A stretch of 64,000 bases of DNA, from positions 51,595-115,594 of the forward strand of contig OZ199840.1 in assembly GCA_964304625.1 (NCBI GenBank), given 5' to 3'. Below the pieces are notes generated by a model that did not search any database, had not been told where the DNA came from, and saw only the letters and a list, made by a program, of their open reading frames with translations. The translations under genes were made by a program, and so were the position numbers. This document shows positions 50,981-64,000 of the stretch, one piece after another. The stretch is from Kudoa neothunni (taxonomy: Eukaryota; Animalia; Cnidaria). The number at the start of each line of letters is the position of its first letter. The first letter of the stretch is position 1.

Positions 50981-53900
50981 TTATTTTTTCTTCTTGAAAA
51001 CCACGAAACCAATAGCACCCATAATCAAAGCTCCAATAGCCGCTACAACGATTACTCTAAAATGATGTCAGTTAAATTGTAAGAACATAATAAAGTAATA
51101 CATGACCATGGTTTTAGAACTAAATGCAAAATTTATTTATTTATTTTAAAAATATTAATTAATAAACCTTGAACTGCTTTTGGCTCCTAAAAGTTACAAT
51201 TTAAATTATTTTCGAAGTAATAATGCTTTACCTTGCTCAATCGTAGCCGTCCCATAAACTGTTTTATCGGTGGCACTGTATACAATTAAGTGATAATTGT
51301 TGCCATCTGCTAATCCACTGATAGTGAATGATTTACATGAAGGGTACGTTCTACATCCATTGTCATTTCGTCTCATGCATTTTTTAATAATTGCTATCGA
51401 TTTGGTACTCGCGTTACGTAATTCCCATTTACATTTGGATTTTTCATTAAGACTAGATGGTAGGGTGTTTTCTATAACAAATGATTCACCATCCCTTGTT
51501 ATGGTCACATATATTATTTTGTCGTTTTCTGTTGGATTCCCCTTTGGAGCAGCTATTTATTTTAAATATTATAATAATATTGAAAATATTTTTACTAGCT
51601 ACTAAAGTAATTTCATTTCGCTCTGATTTTTCCCACTGCAGTAATAGACACTTTATACTCTTCATTTGCATCATAGTCGTTGAATTTAATAGAACTGCAC
51701 AATGGAAATGAGGAGCATGTGTTTGAATTGACCGGGCTCGCAGTTGTATCAACTGTTGTAGCTGGGGCAACATTTGTGTCAGTTTCAGTTTGAGTAATAG
51801 ATTCAGCTCTTGCAATTTTTAATTCATTAATTTCTGATTTTAGACTTTGAATTTTACTAGTACCAGTTTGTCCTTGGTCGGGATTAGGACTGGATTAGGC
51901 TGGTGAGCTTGTTGGAGTATTTTGAGTTTCTGGCGCAGCTGCCGGTGTCTGTGATGCTTCGCAGACGTAAACATCTTCAAACCTTTCATCTTTTTTTATT
52001 TGGATTGTATAATGGCAAATGGCTTCTGGGACTTTTTTGGACAATTGTGCATTCAATTCCAATCCTTGCTCAGTGTATTTTTGAGTTATTCTCAAGGTTG
52101 CCAGATCTAGATTGAGTTAATAAGTTAACTTTTTGAGAAATATACTCGTCGTAACATTTTCATATATGTGTTCTTTGTACTCCCTTATCAGCAATGACCT
52201 TAACGTCGTAAGAAGAGTTTGGTTCAAGGTCAATTATTGTTATTGATTCTCTACATCTTCCTCTACAGGGATTGGTTTCAGTACATTTAGCGGTGTAAAA
52301 TGTATTTTTCCCCGGCTGGACTTATATAATACTCACAGTTTGGTTCATCTTTCTTATCAGTTTCTGCCGTACCTCCAATAGCTGTTAGTATAGTTGTTGA
52401 TTCTGTTTTGGTAGGGGTAGTTGCTTGGAAATTTTTATTCGCCTCATTATCTTGTAAATATTATTAGTTAAGTTAATATTAAATTATTAGTTATTACTTG
52501 TTCTTATGAGTATTTTTTCTTTGAAGGAAGCTGGATCTGTTATACCAGATTCAATTTCGATGATGTATGGTTTCCCCTGGTGATAATTGTTCAATTACTA
52601 ATTTTTCGCAATCAGTTTTACAATCACCACTACTATCAGTCTTTTTAGTGGCCGTGTTACATTTAGTGATTGATGCAGTGTGTTTTATTTTGTCAGCTGC
52701 GTAATGTTTCAGAGTACAACTAGTGAACTGTGTGCCTGATCCTGGCTTAAAAACTGCTGCGTCAAAAGATACACCATTATTGGTATAATCTGACAATAAA
52801 CCTTTTCCAGTCTCCAATATCGCTAATTATTAAATATATAATCTTATTAAATTTAATAAGATACCAAATTTTTTTTGAGAAAATCCATCTAAATCACCAA
52901 TAGAAGTCTTTGATAGGTCGTGATGCCTGGTTTGTACTAAGACGTTGTAAATATCTTTTGTTGCAGTCAGAGTAAGCTCAACATCTTTGCATGGTGCGTA
53001 ACATTTTCCATCCTGATTTCCACAGTTTGATTCGAATTGTTGGTTATTTCCTGCAGATGTACCATCTTTAATACCAAAAACACAGATCTCAGATGATAGT
53101 GTTAAATCTGTGAATTTAAGAACAACGTGATTAGCAGCTCCTGTCTTTTTAGTAATATAATACTGAGGCTCGTAAATGGCCATATTATTCTTCATATATG
53201 CATTTGGCATATTATAGAAGAAGCTTGGATAATTCAGACACCTTATTTCATAATGAGGAACTAATTTATCAAACTCCACAGTGTTTTGTTGATTATCCCC
53301 GTCGCAACTTGATCCTACGGTTCCTCCCGCGAACGTGGCGTCTTTGTAATGGATGGGGCACGCAACTGGAGGACAAGTTTTTGATAAGAGTTTAAGTTTT
53401 TTGTTCTCATCAACAGATATTATTGCTTGGGGATTTACCAGTAACGCTAAATTGAATAATATTATTTATTGATTCATATTTTTTTAGATTACGTATGGCC
53501 AATCCAAACACTTTTCCACCTTTTGGATATGTGTCTTCTTTAACTGTAGCCTCAATAGTATTATCATATACATACATGTATTTTGTTCTTGGGGAAACCT
53601 TATCGTATGGAACTTTGCTATCTTGTTTATTGCAAGCAATTACGCAATAATTGTTGTTATTATTAGTGGTAATATATCCAGGGCAGCTCGTTATTTCTTC
53701 ATATACAGCTGCCCCTGTTTGGCTACCATCGTTTGCTGCTGCATTTGGATATCAATATACGACACTTTTTTCCATCGCCATAACTTGAGCCGTCAAGTAT
53801 ATGTTTTACTTTATTTGATTTTACTAACAACATCGTATTCGATTTGGTATTTGAGTATAGCTGTGGGAGTAGAAGTAGCTGTAGATTCAGGCACTGTTGC

Positions 53901-54009
53901 ATTTTTAATCATACAAAAGAATGCGATTTGCATGACTAATAAAGATTCATGATTGATAATAAAAAAAATAGATACATAAGAGGCAAAGCAAAAATTTATC
54001 TTTAACCAT
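50981..54009 (-). pseudogene. Array copy 5 (A-type flank); frameshifted as assembled
   Basis: Full-length paralogue with several 1-nt indels (near 53522, 52575, 52182, 51630) and an in-frame stop in exon 6 at about 51895. Ends FKKKK-TAA. Confidence 0.7.
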
Positions 54010-54461
54010 TATAAAAAGTAAAGAAAAACAACAAATACAACTGAAGAAATGAATACTATAATAAGCCGATACATGTATCGAATAAAAAGCCTATTGAAAC
54101 GACAGTATAGTTAAAATCTTAATTTATTTACTATTAAATTAATAATTATGAATTTAATATAGTTATTAAAATGCTCAAAATTGCAAATTGAAACAATTAT
54201 TTTATTATATAGCTCAAATAAATTCGATAATACTTATTATCTCTTGTTCACTCCGCCATAATAAATCCAAGGAAAAAATTAATCGATTGGACCAACCATT
54301 AGTGGATTCACAAACGAGTTAAATAATGTTAAATTTCATGAACGATATTTACATTGACGTCATATAAGGTCATCCCAGGTATAAATAATATGAATAATTG
54401 GTAAAAATATTTATTCTTCTTCATTACGAATAAATCAATCATCTAGATAAATATAAATGTT

Positions 54462-56584
54462 GGCAGTGTCTATTGGCCCGAACAAATTGTTTTATTTAAT
54501 TATCGAGCTTTTTATTATAGTAAATCTATTTTGTCTGATATAAAACACCTTGCAATTGTTTACGTAATTTTATTTTCTAGGTGCGGAAAAAACAAAACCT
54601 ACCTCTTTTTGATAAATTTTTGTGCTTTAAGAGATGGACAAGGGAGTATTTTGTTGAAAATTCTGAACTGGCCGATGTTTATGAAACAAATAATAGTTCA
54701 TCAGAGAATGGTTTGATTGCTATAAATTCATTACCAAAAACTATTGTCTATTTAGAGAATAGAAAATTTAATGAAGCTACTAAATTGATGGAAGATGTAG
54801 CCGCAAGAATTTCAGAAAAAAACTGGATCTGATTATGAATATTGGATCAATAAATTAAATAGATAGTGAAACAAAAGGGAAAAACCATAATCTAACGAAG
54901 TAAAATGCATACCAAATTATAATTATTATTCTCTTAATAGACAATCATATAATAATGAGAAATCGCCGCCTTGTTGTCTTGAGGCCAACAAAGTTTCAGA
55001 TAAAGTTATTTCTATAACGTGTTTGAGTTGGCATTATTAGAATTAGTTTTACCCTCAAAAATAAAACGAAGAGGTCGCCCGAAGGGTTCATCAAGTACAG
55101 TGATTGGTTTAAACGTTAAAATTTATTTTCCCAATCGTTTTGTAATCTAACAGGAAAACAAAAATTTTCTAATAAGTAAAATACATTTTGTTTATTTTTA
55201 ACAATTACTAGAAATGCTTTGTTGGTTTGTTGATAAGAAGGTAACTGTTAGAATGTTAAGGGTGGAACAGTTATCGACGAAAATGATGTCGAGGTTTTTT
55301 CTGGTTATGTAAGTGATGCCTTCCTTGACCCAAGAATTAATATTGAACAAATCTTTCCATACTTTTCTAAAGATTCTCTATTTAACATACAAACAATAAT
55401 ATCTCAGAAGAAAGCTACTGGCTACAGATATTCTGTATGCAAAGAAACTTTTAAAAACAATGAGTCCATAGGCTACGACATGTCTTCAACGGAACCATTT
55501 TGAATGTCAACAGATTAAAATGAGCTCATCGTCAAAATATTGGTGTTGTCTGAATTGTAAATCAAAAAAATGAGAGTAAGAGAAATTATGATAAAAAAGT
55601 TTCCATTTTAATTCATATGCTATTTAGATATCTGACACAATCGTGAATATGTACTTTACAAATCCATAAGATAGAATTTATGTTACAACGATTTAAAATG
55701 ATTTGTTTATCAAATTCGTTCAATAAGTATTTTTCAAAATTCAACATAGCCATAGTCTTGTAGTAAAATTCACGGGAACATCTGTGAGATGCATAGCTTG
55801 GTGAAAAGTCTGTCCAACAATTTTTGAATAAAATCACCAATAAAAAATTGTATATTTAAATGTTGAAAATAACATTTCAAATATGAATAAAATCTGTGTA
55901 GTGGATAATCAAATTTTAATATTTTAATTGAGAACATTAAATTTCAACTAATATCGTCCAAATTCAGTTTGTATACAAAGTCATTATAAAGGAGTATGCT
56001 AAGTATTATGATTAGGCGGCATTAAATAAGGTATAAATCAATAAACTGGATTCATTTTCAAAAAGAAAATCGTATTTACAGCATATACTTAAATTGAGTG
56101 ATTTTAAACCGATATAAAATATATCAATATAGGCGTTTGACGCCATTTGGAGTTTTGGGTTAACGACAATCACATATACGAGTCAAATCAATTCAAAAAT
56201 ATTTAAAACACCAAATGACATGATTAAATGATTAAACTCATTTTTTCAATTAATATAACACGGATACATCATACCAGAAAATTATTATTGCATAATACGT
56301 GAAGCGAATACCTTTCCTAGTGATAAAAAGTCACAAAAACATTTAATTTAAATTTTAAAACAAGTTTATAAATGAAATAGAGTATTTATTGCATTAAATT
56401 ACAAGAATGATGAGGTTTGGTTTTTCTTTAATAGCGCCTTATATCACAGGTTCCTAATAACCATTGTCTTTTATTTTTTTTTCATTAGTATATAATCCAC
56501 TGTAATAATTTTCTGGTCTATTAAAACTTAAAAAGAATCCCTTAAATAAGTAAAAACAATTTTTTCGGGTCAATAGACACTTCC
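54462..56584 (+). mobile_element. MULE derivative with both TIRs and a 9-bp target duplication
   Basis: TIRs GGCAGTGTCTATTGGCCCGAA and TTCGGGTCAATAGACACTTCC. Flanked by ATAAATGTT and GTGAATGTT; the empty site is ACAAATGTT-AGACG at about 28260 and 35182. Remnants KRWTREYF, KRRGRPKGS and a C-terminal Cys-rich finger. Confidence 0.85.
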
Positions 56585-57363
56585 GTGAATGTTAGACGAC
56601 ACGTATTACGTTTGTGGTTTAATTTTGAGATCATTATAAATTTTGAAATTTTTTATTGTAGACATTATTTCCATTAAATATACTTGTAATAACCTATAGT
56701 TTTAAGTAATTATAGATCAACATGTTGCAGCCTTAATTTCTAACCATCATACATACAACATAAAGTAATTTAGTCATATTTTTCCTTACCAGAATTAATT
56801 ATGGTCGCAACTTTGGTTTTTGGGGATTACTTTTATAATATTTTGATTAATTATATCCATAAGCATTTTGAAAAAAATTATATAGCCAGAAATGGAAGAA
56901 ACCCAATTTTTAGAGAAATATCAAAGTATTTTCGTATGGTTGGAAAATAAAAATGAAATTGTTTATCGGATCCTATTTAATCTTGTGATTTCCGCCGTTT
57001 TATATGCACATATAATAACTTCTATGATATTCTATCATAATTTTTTTCCATTTATATTAGATCCATTTTTATAAATTTTAATATAAATTGAACTTTATTT
57101 TAATTGAGGCGGTTAACATTATTTCACAATCCGTTTATACATTGACCTAAATATCTTGGTCAAATTTATTTGTCACATCACATTCGAAGTATTACTATAT
57201 CGAACTCTTTTATATTCGAAAAATAATTATATTTTTTTAAGAAATCCCATTAAAAGATCAATAACCTAGATGATCAAAATAACTTTAATCAAGATAAAGC
57301 TTTAAAACATTATTTTCAAATTTATGCGTACAAAATGGCGTTTCCATTTTAAATTAAAATTGT

Positions 57364-60300
57364 GGTAATTATAAAGCCTGTGACACATGAAAAACACCCC
57401 TTCCGAATCCTTTTCGTCGCTATTCTTTTACGATTCTCATTAATAAAATAAATAAATATGGAAAGGAAAAATTCAGCCCTAATAAATTACTTCTAAATTT
57501 TAACCAAATCCCATTCCGAGCAAAATCGACCCCACGTGTAATCTCCCTTTTGTTTACAAAAACTTGCCAATTTAATTATTTGTCATATATGTTAACATAT
57601 TCGATATATTAAATCGCTTAAATTATTTTTTTGCGTTAAGGATAAGCGTATTTGCTCATTAATGATTACGAAAAGTTCTTCCGTGTACGTGCTGCTAAGG
57701 GTTATCTTCACAAAGCTCCAACTCGCTGTGGCAATTGCAGGAATTCCAATCGATTCATGCTTAGAAAGCGCAAATTTAATGTTGTCAAGCCGATAACTGA
57801 ACCGTCCGCCGGTATTGGTATAGTACACGGCTACGAAAATTCGACCTCATTGCGTTCTCATTTCTTTACGAATTTGTTACAGATCGTTATTATTAGATTT
57901 AAAAATGACGAAGAAAACAAATTTTTTAAAATTTACAATTCTACCATTTGCTCAACATTCTATCTTAATCTTCATTATGTCAGTGTAAGTTGAATTATGT
58001 CAACGTTCTTTGTTTTTAATAAGTTATTTTAAATTAATCTAATAGCTCGTTTGGATTATTTTAAAAATTAAATGTATTTAAGAATGTTTTAATGTCATCT
58101 TGAGTTGCACTCAATCATCCTCTCTACACCTTAACTTTAGTGAATTTGAAGTATGAAGAAAGCTTACAATAGCAGATAAAAGTAATCTAATTTTTTAATT
58201 TTTTTATGTCATTTTTATTGCTTATTTCTGAAATTATTGAATTATTTGTGCTGAAAGATTCGTTGGAGCTTTTGTAATTATAAAATTTTTCATCATTTAT
58301 TGTTTTATTTGGTAGATTATTATTAGAAAAAAATTTTTAGCCATAAATTATATTATTTTGTCGTGCGAAACCTATTCAAGGTCATGAATTCGAAACTCAA
58401 TATAATTCTTATGTTTTAGTTTATTCGTAATATATAACATTATACATTCAATGAGTGATATTTTTTTAAAAATAATATAATCCCTTAAAAATCATATAGC
58501 TTTAAAATCTTCATTTTATTTAGATATTTCCATAATTATAAATGTAACAGTATTATTAATCATTTTCTCATAATCAGTTTAATTAAATCATTATTTACAT
58601 TACGATAAATTCATTGCTAACATTTTGTCGAATTTACTTCGCGAATATAAACACTACTTAATAATTTCAATAATATTCATTTATTTTTTCAAAAAGATTG
58701 TTTAATAATTGGAACTTATTTCCATATATTTAGCGGACCCATTCTTCTTGTAAATAGCTCTCAAATTCGATATCACTTACTCCTCTTCTGATTCCCAATA
58801 TTTTAAGTTTCAATTTGCCTCAACAGGGTTCTATCGTATTTGAGTGCTTACCGTTGATACAATAGCGTAATGAATGATTAACAGTAATGTGATTGTAACC
58901 CAATTCATCCTATTTTTGATAGGCTTTCCATTCGTCACAGTAGATCATGGTACCCTTGATAACTTCGTTTTGACTTATAGGAAGTAATGTTTCTTTATTT
59001 CATCTTTCAACCTTAAAATATCTGAACTCCTTAAGTTGTCTTTTTCCGTGGCTATCGACAGAGCATAAGCATAGACCAAAGACCCACGGACCATCAATCC
59101 TATTACCGTATTTTACGCGACGCGAACAATGAGTTAATTAGTTTTTAGAGAGTAAGATTAAAATCATATATACACATTCCCTCCTCGGATAATTCTTCAG
59201 CATTTGGTTGATATTCACTGATACTACTATTTAACTAAAAATAGTCTAGTTAACCTTTTCGCATGTAATACTCGATACATCGGCTTTATGAGACAAGATT
59301 TCCTTACTTACAGAATACTACCATTTATCTCCTTTAAGATATTTACCCCTGTTATTATTTCTTTTCCCTTGAAATAAGCTTTCGTCGATTTCGACCACAA
59401 ATCCTTCTCCGCCAAACGGTCTCCTATCCTTAAAGCCGCCCGAACAAATATATCGTACATTTTTAAACCAGTTTATCCCCGTAATTTTGGATATATGTAC
59501 CAATGAGCATGTGGATTCTATTTTATTATTCATAAGCCAATAATAAATTACCTTCATTATCTGTTTTACGGTTATTTTAGAAATTTTTTTCCGACACCTC
59601 TCGAAAAGAAAGATCTTAAAGGGTGAAGACTTGGTTTTACAGCTATTACTTATGGAAAAAGTATAAAATCGATTTATTTTATTACTTTCTACATACATGA
59701 ATAGTTTTGTATTTATCAGTGCCAACAGAAAGATAGTCCTCATTAATAGTGATTTCTTTCCTATTTTTTCTTCTGGAAACAGAACTAATTGTGACATCTA
59801 CAATTTCTACATCTCGTTGGAATTCTATTTATGAGATTTTTCGAACAAAGAAAATCGCATAGAAGATCGCTATTATTAATCAACACAAAAAACTGATCGT
59901 CACTATCAACATTAACCATTTGAATATATACGATTTAAAAAACTCTCACTACATTCCAACTTTATTTCAAATAATGAAATACTAAAATAATATAATATTT
60001 AAAATTATTAACCTCAAATAAAAGTTTAAAAAGCTAAATTACGAAGTTCTATCGAATTAAATGAAAATTAAAAAGACGCACGAATTAATTCGTTGAAGGT
60101 CATCGCTGTTCCAAATACACATAATGAGGATTAAGGTCGAATTTTGAGCAAACTGAAGAATTGTAGATTTTAGACAAAATTTTTGGCTACACCATTTTTA
60201 AAAATCAAATAATAATGATCTGTAACAAAATCGTAAAAAATTAAGACCCTATGAAGTCGAATTTACGTAGTTTCATATTACATCAGAACGAGTCCGCCTA

Positions 60301-62585
60301 TGACAGAAATAACGTCGATTATTCTTTCACATATTTATTTAAAAAGTGATAGTTTATCTCAAGTCCCTGCTTTTAAAAAGAAAAGGTGTAAAACTATTTT
60401 TTCTTCTAAAATGAAACATTTTTTAAACTCTCCTATAGGCGGTACGTCCCAAAACCCAACATTGATATAATATTTTAAAAATATTATATCGCTGGTGTAT
60501 GAATGAAACTATTTTAACTACAACCAAAAAAGATAAGTTAAGTACGCCTAAAGTTTCAGCGTGATTCAAAAAAATCCGACAACTCTGCAAATCACCCTTC
60601 GAGAACAGAAACAAGCTTAATGGGAAGGTTTCATTGTAGAAATTGATGAATGCCTCCTTCACGAAAGAAGAAAATATAATCGGGGTCGGATTCTTAATGG
60701 AGATGCACGGAAGACGTCTCAAAATAAAGAATTCTTAGAGTCAAGTACTGAATCTCGAATTTGATATAATGAATTATATAACGTATTTCTTTTACTTAGT
60801 AGATGCCGACGATGGAGGTGTTAGCGATTATTTCCCTTCAGAAGTTGAATTTTTTGATAAATCCTTCGATAATATTTTATGATGTCACCATTTTATTAAA
60901 TAACGTAAATAGAAGCTGCATTAACAAAAGGAAAATATGATGGAAGGGTTGACGGTCCCCGGATTTTTGAATTGTCTCAATGTAAATTTGACGACATGGG
61001 AAAGAGGACTCTCGTAGGAGTGAGGTACTTCTATGTATAGAAGCGGAATTCGGCGACACTTTTGCCCATAATCGAAAGAGAAATCCACAAAGGATCAACC
61101 ATAGCCAGTGACGAATGGTCCACAAATAATGGTACACGTGAGCTTGGCTATGATCATGTTAAGGTCAACCACTCGAAGGGATACCTGCAGAATGACCCCC
61201 ATACAAATACTATCGAACGATGCTGGGGAGGCTGAAAACAAAATTTATTCGCATGAAACGGGGGGTATCATTCTCAAATCTTTTGGAATACCTTATTGAA
61301 GAATGGTACCAATTCATCATGGGCGAAGAAATAAATCTTTTCAACAACATTTTAAAAACAATTTATCTTTGTTTTAATTAGATTATTGTAAATTTGTTTT
61401 TAAAAATATTCATATTTTAGTCTTTTTTTCTATGTACAAAAAATCGATGTTAACATAAATGGACAAATAAACTATTCTAATAACGATAGGCTGGTTATTT
61501 AATAATTCATTAGATAAACTAATATTTACCACACAATATTTTCTGAATTTAGTTAAGGCGAAATTTTAATATGTGAACAATTTTTATATAAAAATAATTA
61601 AATGCTTGGGTACACTTAGAAAATCGATTAGCTGAATAATTTTATTAAAAAAATATCCCAGAGAATTTGTTATAGCGGAAGAATTATTCTTATAAATTCA
61701 CTAAAATGGATATTATGAAATCAGATAAGGATTATTTGAAGATAAATTCAAAAAATTATATTTTTCATTTACGGAACTTGAATAATTCAATATTCACATT
61801 CTCGACAAAATATCACGTTTATAAAAACTTAGTTATTAAATATTATTAAAAAATCTTTTTTCCAACATTTGAGATTTTTTAAATTTACTCAAATAGAGTA
61901 TTTTGAGAAATTTGCATATAATACTTTATTATCCTGATTGAATTTATTTACATAACCTTAAAAATATTCTATTTAATATTTTGATAAATGCTGTATTATA
62001 TTTATTATTTTATGACATATATAACAATTAATAATTTTTTTTGAAGATAATGGACACATTTAAACGGCAACTTTAAAAAATAAATAATATTAAAATTTTT
62101 CATGATCGCATTTTCAAACAAATTCAGTCATATGACTTTATCCAGTAAATATAAATTTACGAAAAAAAATTAAAAACTAAACATGATGTTTTAGCATAAT
62201 AAATCACCATGAGATTTACATTTCATCGATTGGATATGAGCAAATTGATTTGCTCAGTGAGTAAAATGTAACACCATTTTAATGAGTATTTAAATTATCT
62301 TTTTGGTCAAATAATTATCTTAAAAAATAATTTAAATGATTTAATATAACGAATATGTTAAAATATGTGACAAATAATGAAATTGGCAAATTTTTGTAAA
62401 CAAAAGGGAGATTAGACGTGGGGATGATTTTGATCAAAGTGGGATATGGTTAAAATTTAGAAGTTATTTCTTAAGGAAGAATTTTTACTCAACATATTTA
62501 TTGAATTAATAAGAATTATAAAAAATTAGAGACAACAAAGACGCGCAAGGGGGTGTTTTCAGGTGTTACAGGCTTTATAATTACC
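57364..62585 (+). mobile_element. Duplicate of the nested Merlin-in-Merlin composite (inner element about 57829-60272)
   Basis: Termini GGTAATTATAAAGCCTGT and ACAGGCTTTATAATTACC. Inner ORF 59318-59797 is nearly identical to 39658-40083. N-terminal CxxC remnant in ORF 57652-57993. Confidence 0.85.
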
Positions 62586-63527
62586 GCCCCTTGTTTATTA
62601 ATTCCAAAGCTCATTCAAACAATTCTTTTTTAATTTCTTTATATTAAGATACTAAAAATCTAGTTGATTTTTTCGATTTTGACATTTCTTTAAGATTAGC
62701 TTTTCGCTTTCTCCATCGTCTCATTAACTTTCGTGGAACTCCAAACTCTTTTCTCACAAATCTACATTCATGTTCATTTGCATGGTCAATCACTTTAAAC
62801 TCATAGCTGTCTAATTGATTCTTTGTTTATCCATAACAAGGATTTACGAGTATCAAAAACGAATGCTCAAATTATCGTATAGTTCCCTATGATCTGAATG
62901 TAAAGAGGTTTGTGCTAGTAATGATAAAGAATATTAAATATAATCTTAATTTTGTTACGAAACTGATACATTACATATGTTCTATAAAATTTTACATTCA
63001 GACCTACACGGAATTTGAAAAAGTAATCATACTACGTGTAAAAAAAGAATCAAATATATTGCTCTATACATAATATAGATGTCTAATTCCAGCTGTAAAC
63101 AATGTGAAATATAAAAGGATTTTAAATGAATTTATACTGCATTTTTATTATAATAAATGTATATATTACTAGTGGCATCATTTTTAACATAACGCTCTGG
63201 TTCGGTAGGATCACTTCATATTCGATTTGTGCAGAGGACACCTTACCAATATATAACGAACCCAATCTGATACTTGAATCTAAGTATACGCACAATCATA
63301 GTAACATTTTTGGAAAAGTTAATGTCAATCTTCAAAGTATGGCCGATAAAAAGTTTTCGACCAAAACGAGATTATATACAATAAATATTAAATCATATTT
63401 TTTGATTTGAACACTTAATAGTTTGAATTATTGATAAATAAAAGCAGGATTAAAAATATCGGAGCATGAATTAAATAATCGAAATTTCTCTAACTAGATA
63501 GTAGGGAAAAATTCGTAAATATAGGGT

Positions 63528-64000
63528 TTAATTTTTCTTCTTGAAAACCACGAAACCAATAGCACCCATGATCATAGCACCAATAGCCGCCACTGCAATT
63601 ATTCTAAAACAATATTAGTTAAATTGTAGGAACATAATAAAGTAATACATGACCATGGTTTTAGAACTAAATAAAAAATTTAATTATTTTAAAAATATTA
63701 ATTAATAAACCTTGAACTGCTTTTGGCTCCTAAAAGTTACAGTTTTAATTATTTTCGAAGTAATAATGTTTTACCTTGCTCAATAGTGGCTGTCCCATAA
63801 ATTGTTGGATTGATAGAACTGTACACAGTCAAATGATAATTGTTGCCATCTGCTAATCCACTGATAGTGAATGATTTGCATGGGGGGAACCTTTTACATC
63901 CTTTATCCCTTGGACTCATGCATTTTTTAATAATTGCAATCGATTTGGTACTCGCGTTACGTAATTCCCACTTACATTTGGATTTTTCATTAAGACTCGA
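63528..64000 (-). CDS. Array copy 6 (B-type flank); 3' part only (exon 7 to TM exon), truncated by the window edge
   Basis: Contains KCKWELRNASTKSIAIIKKCMSPRDKGCKRFPPCKSFTISGLADGNNY, both micro-exons and the TM exon ending FKKKN-TAA. Confidence 0.85.

Larger units (their letters stand above)
24771..64000. repeat. Higher-order tandem repeat with a ~19.1-19.6 kb period (two genes plus two spacers per unit)
   Basis: Stop-codon offsets: 24771 to 44417, 31701 to 50981, 44417 to 63528. Short spacer 27810-31700 matches 47430-50980; long spacer 34730-44416 matches 54010-63527. Confidence 0.88.

Noticed and set aside
14930-64000. CRISPR-like or other prokaryotic repeat system
   Set aside because: The DNA is intron-containing and eukaryotic; the repeats are kilobase-scale gene duplications with no short repeat-spacer array.

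Overview
Very AT-rich eukaryotic, probably animal, genomic DNA with mostly tiny (about 40-80 nt) GT-AG introns. This is suggestive of a compact-genome parasite such as a myxozoan, but the organism cannot be fixed from sequence alone. The first 14 kb holds two convergent housekeeping genes: Chk1 (+, 4061-6259) and gamma-tubulin complex protein 2 (-, 6354-14159). The remaining ~49 kb is a tandem array of at least six paralogues (- strand) of an unrecognised 10-exon, ~878-aa type I membrane protein. It has a signal peptide, about seven Cys-stapled FN3-like modules on phase-1 exons, one mucin-like insert, two micro-exons, a TM helix and a 4-aa basic tail. The paralogues are segmental mosaics of one another, with variation concentrated in membrane-distal loops. 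They alternate between two 3' flanks (A/B), giving a ~19 kb higher-order repeat, and are separated by decayed hAT, MULE, Merlin, pogo/Tigger and Helitron elements. The best candidate for a new system is a gene-conversion-diversified variant surface-protein locus. Its function is inference only, and the frameshifts in copies 3-5 may be assembly errors.
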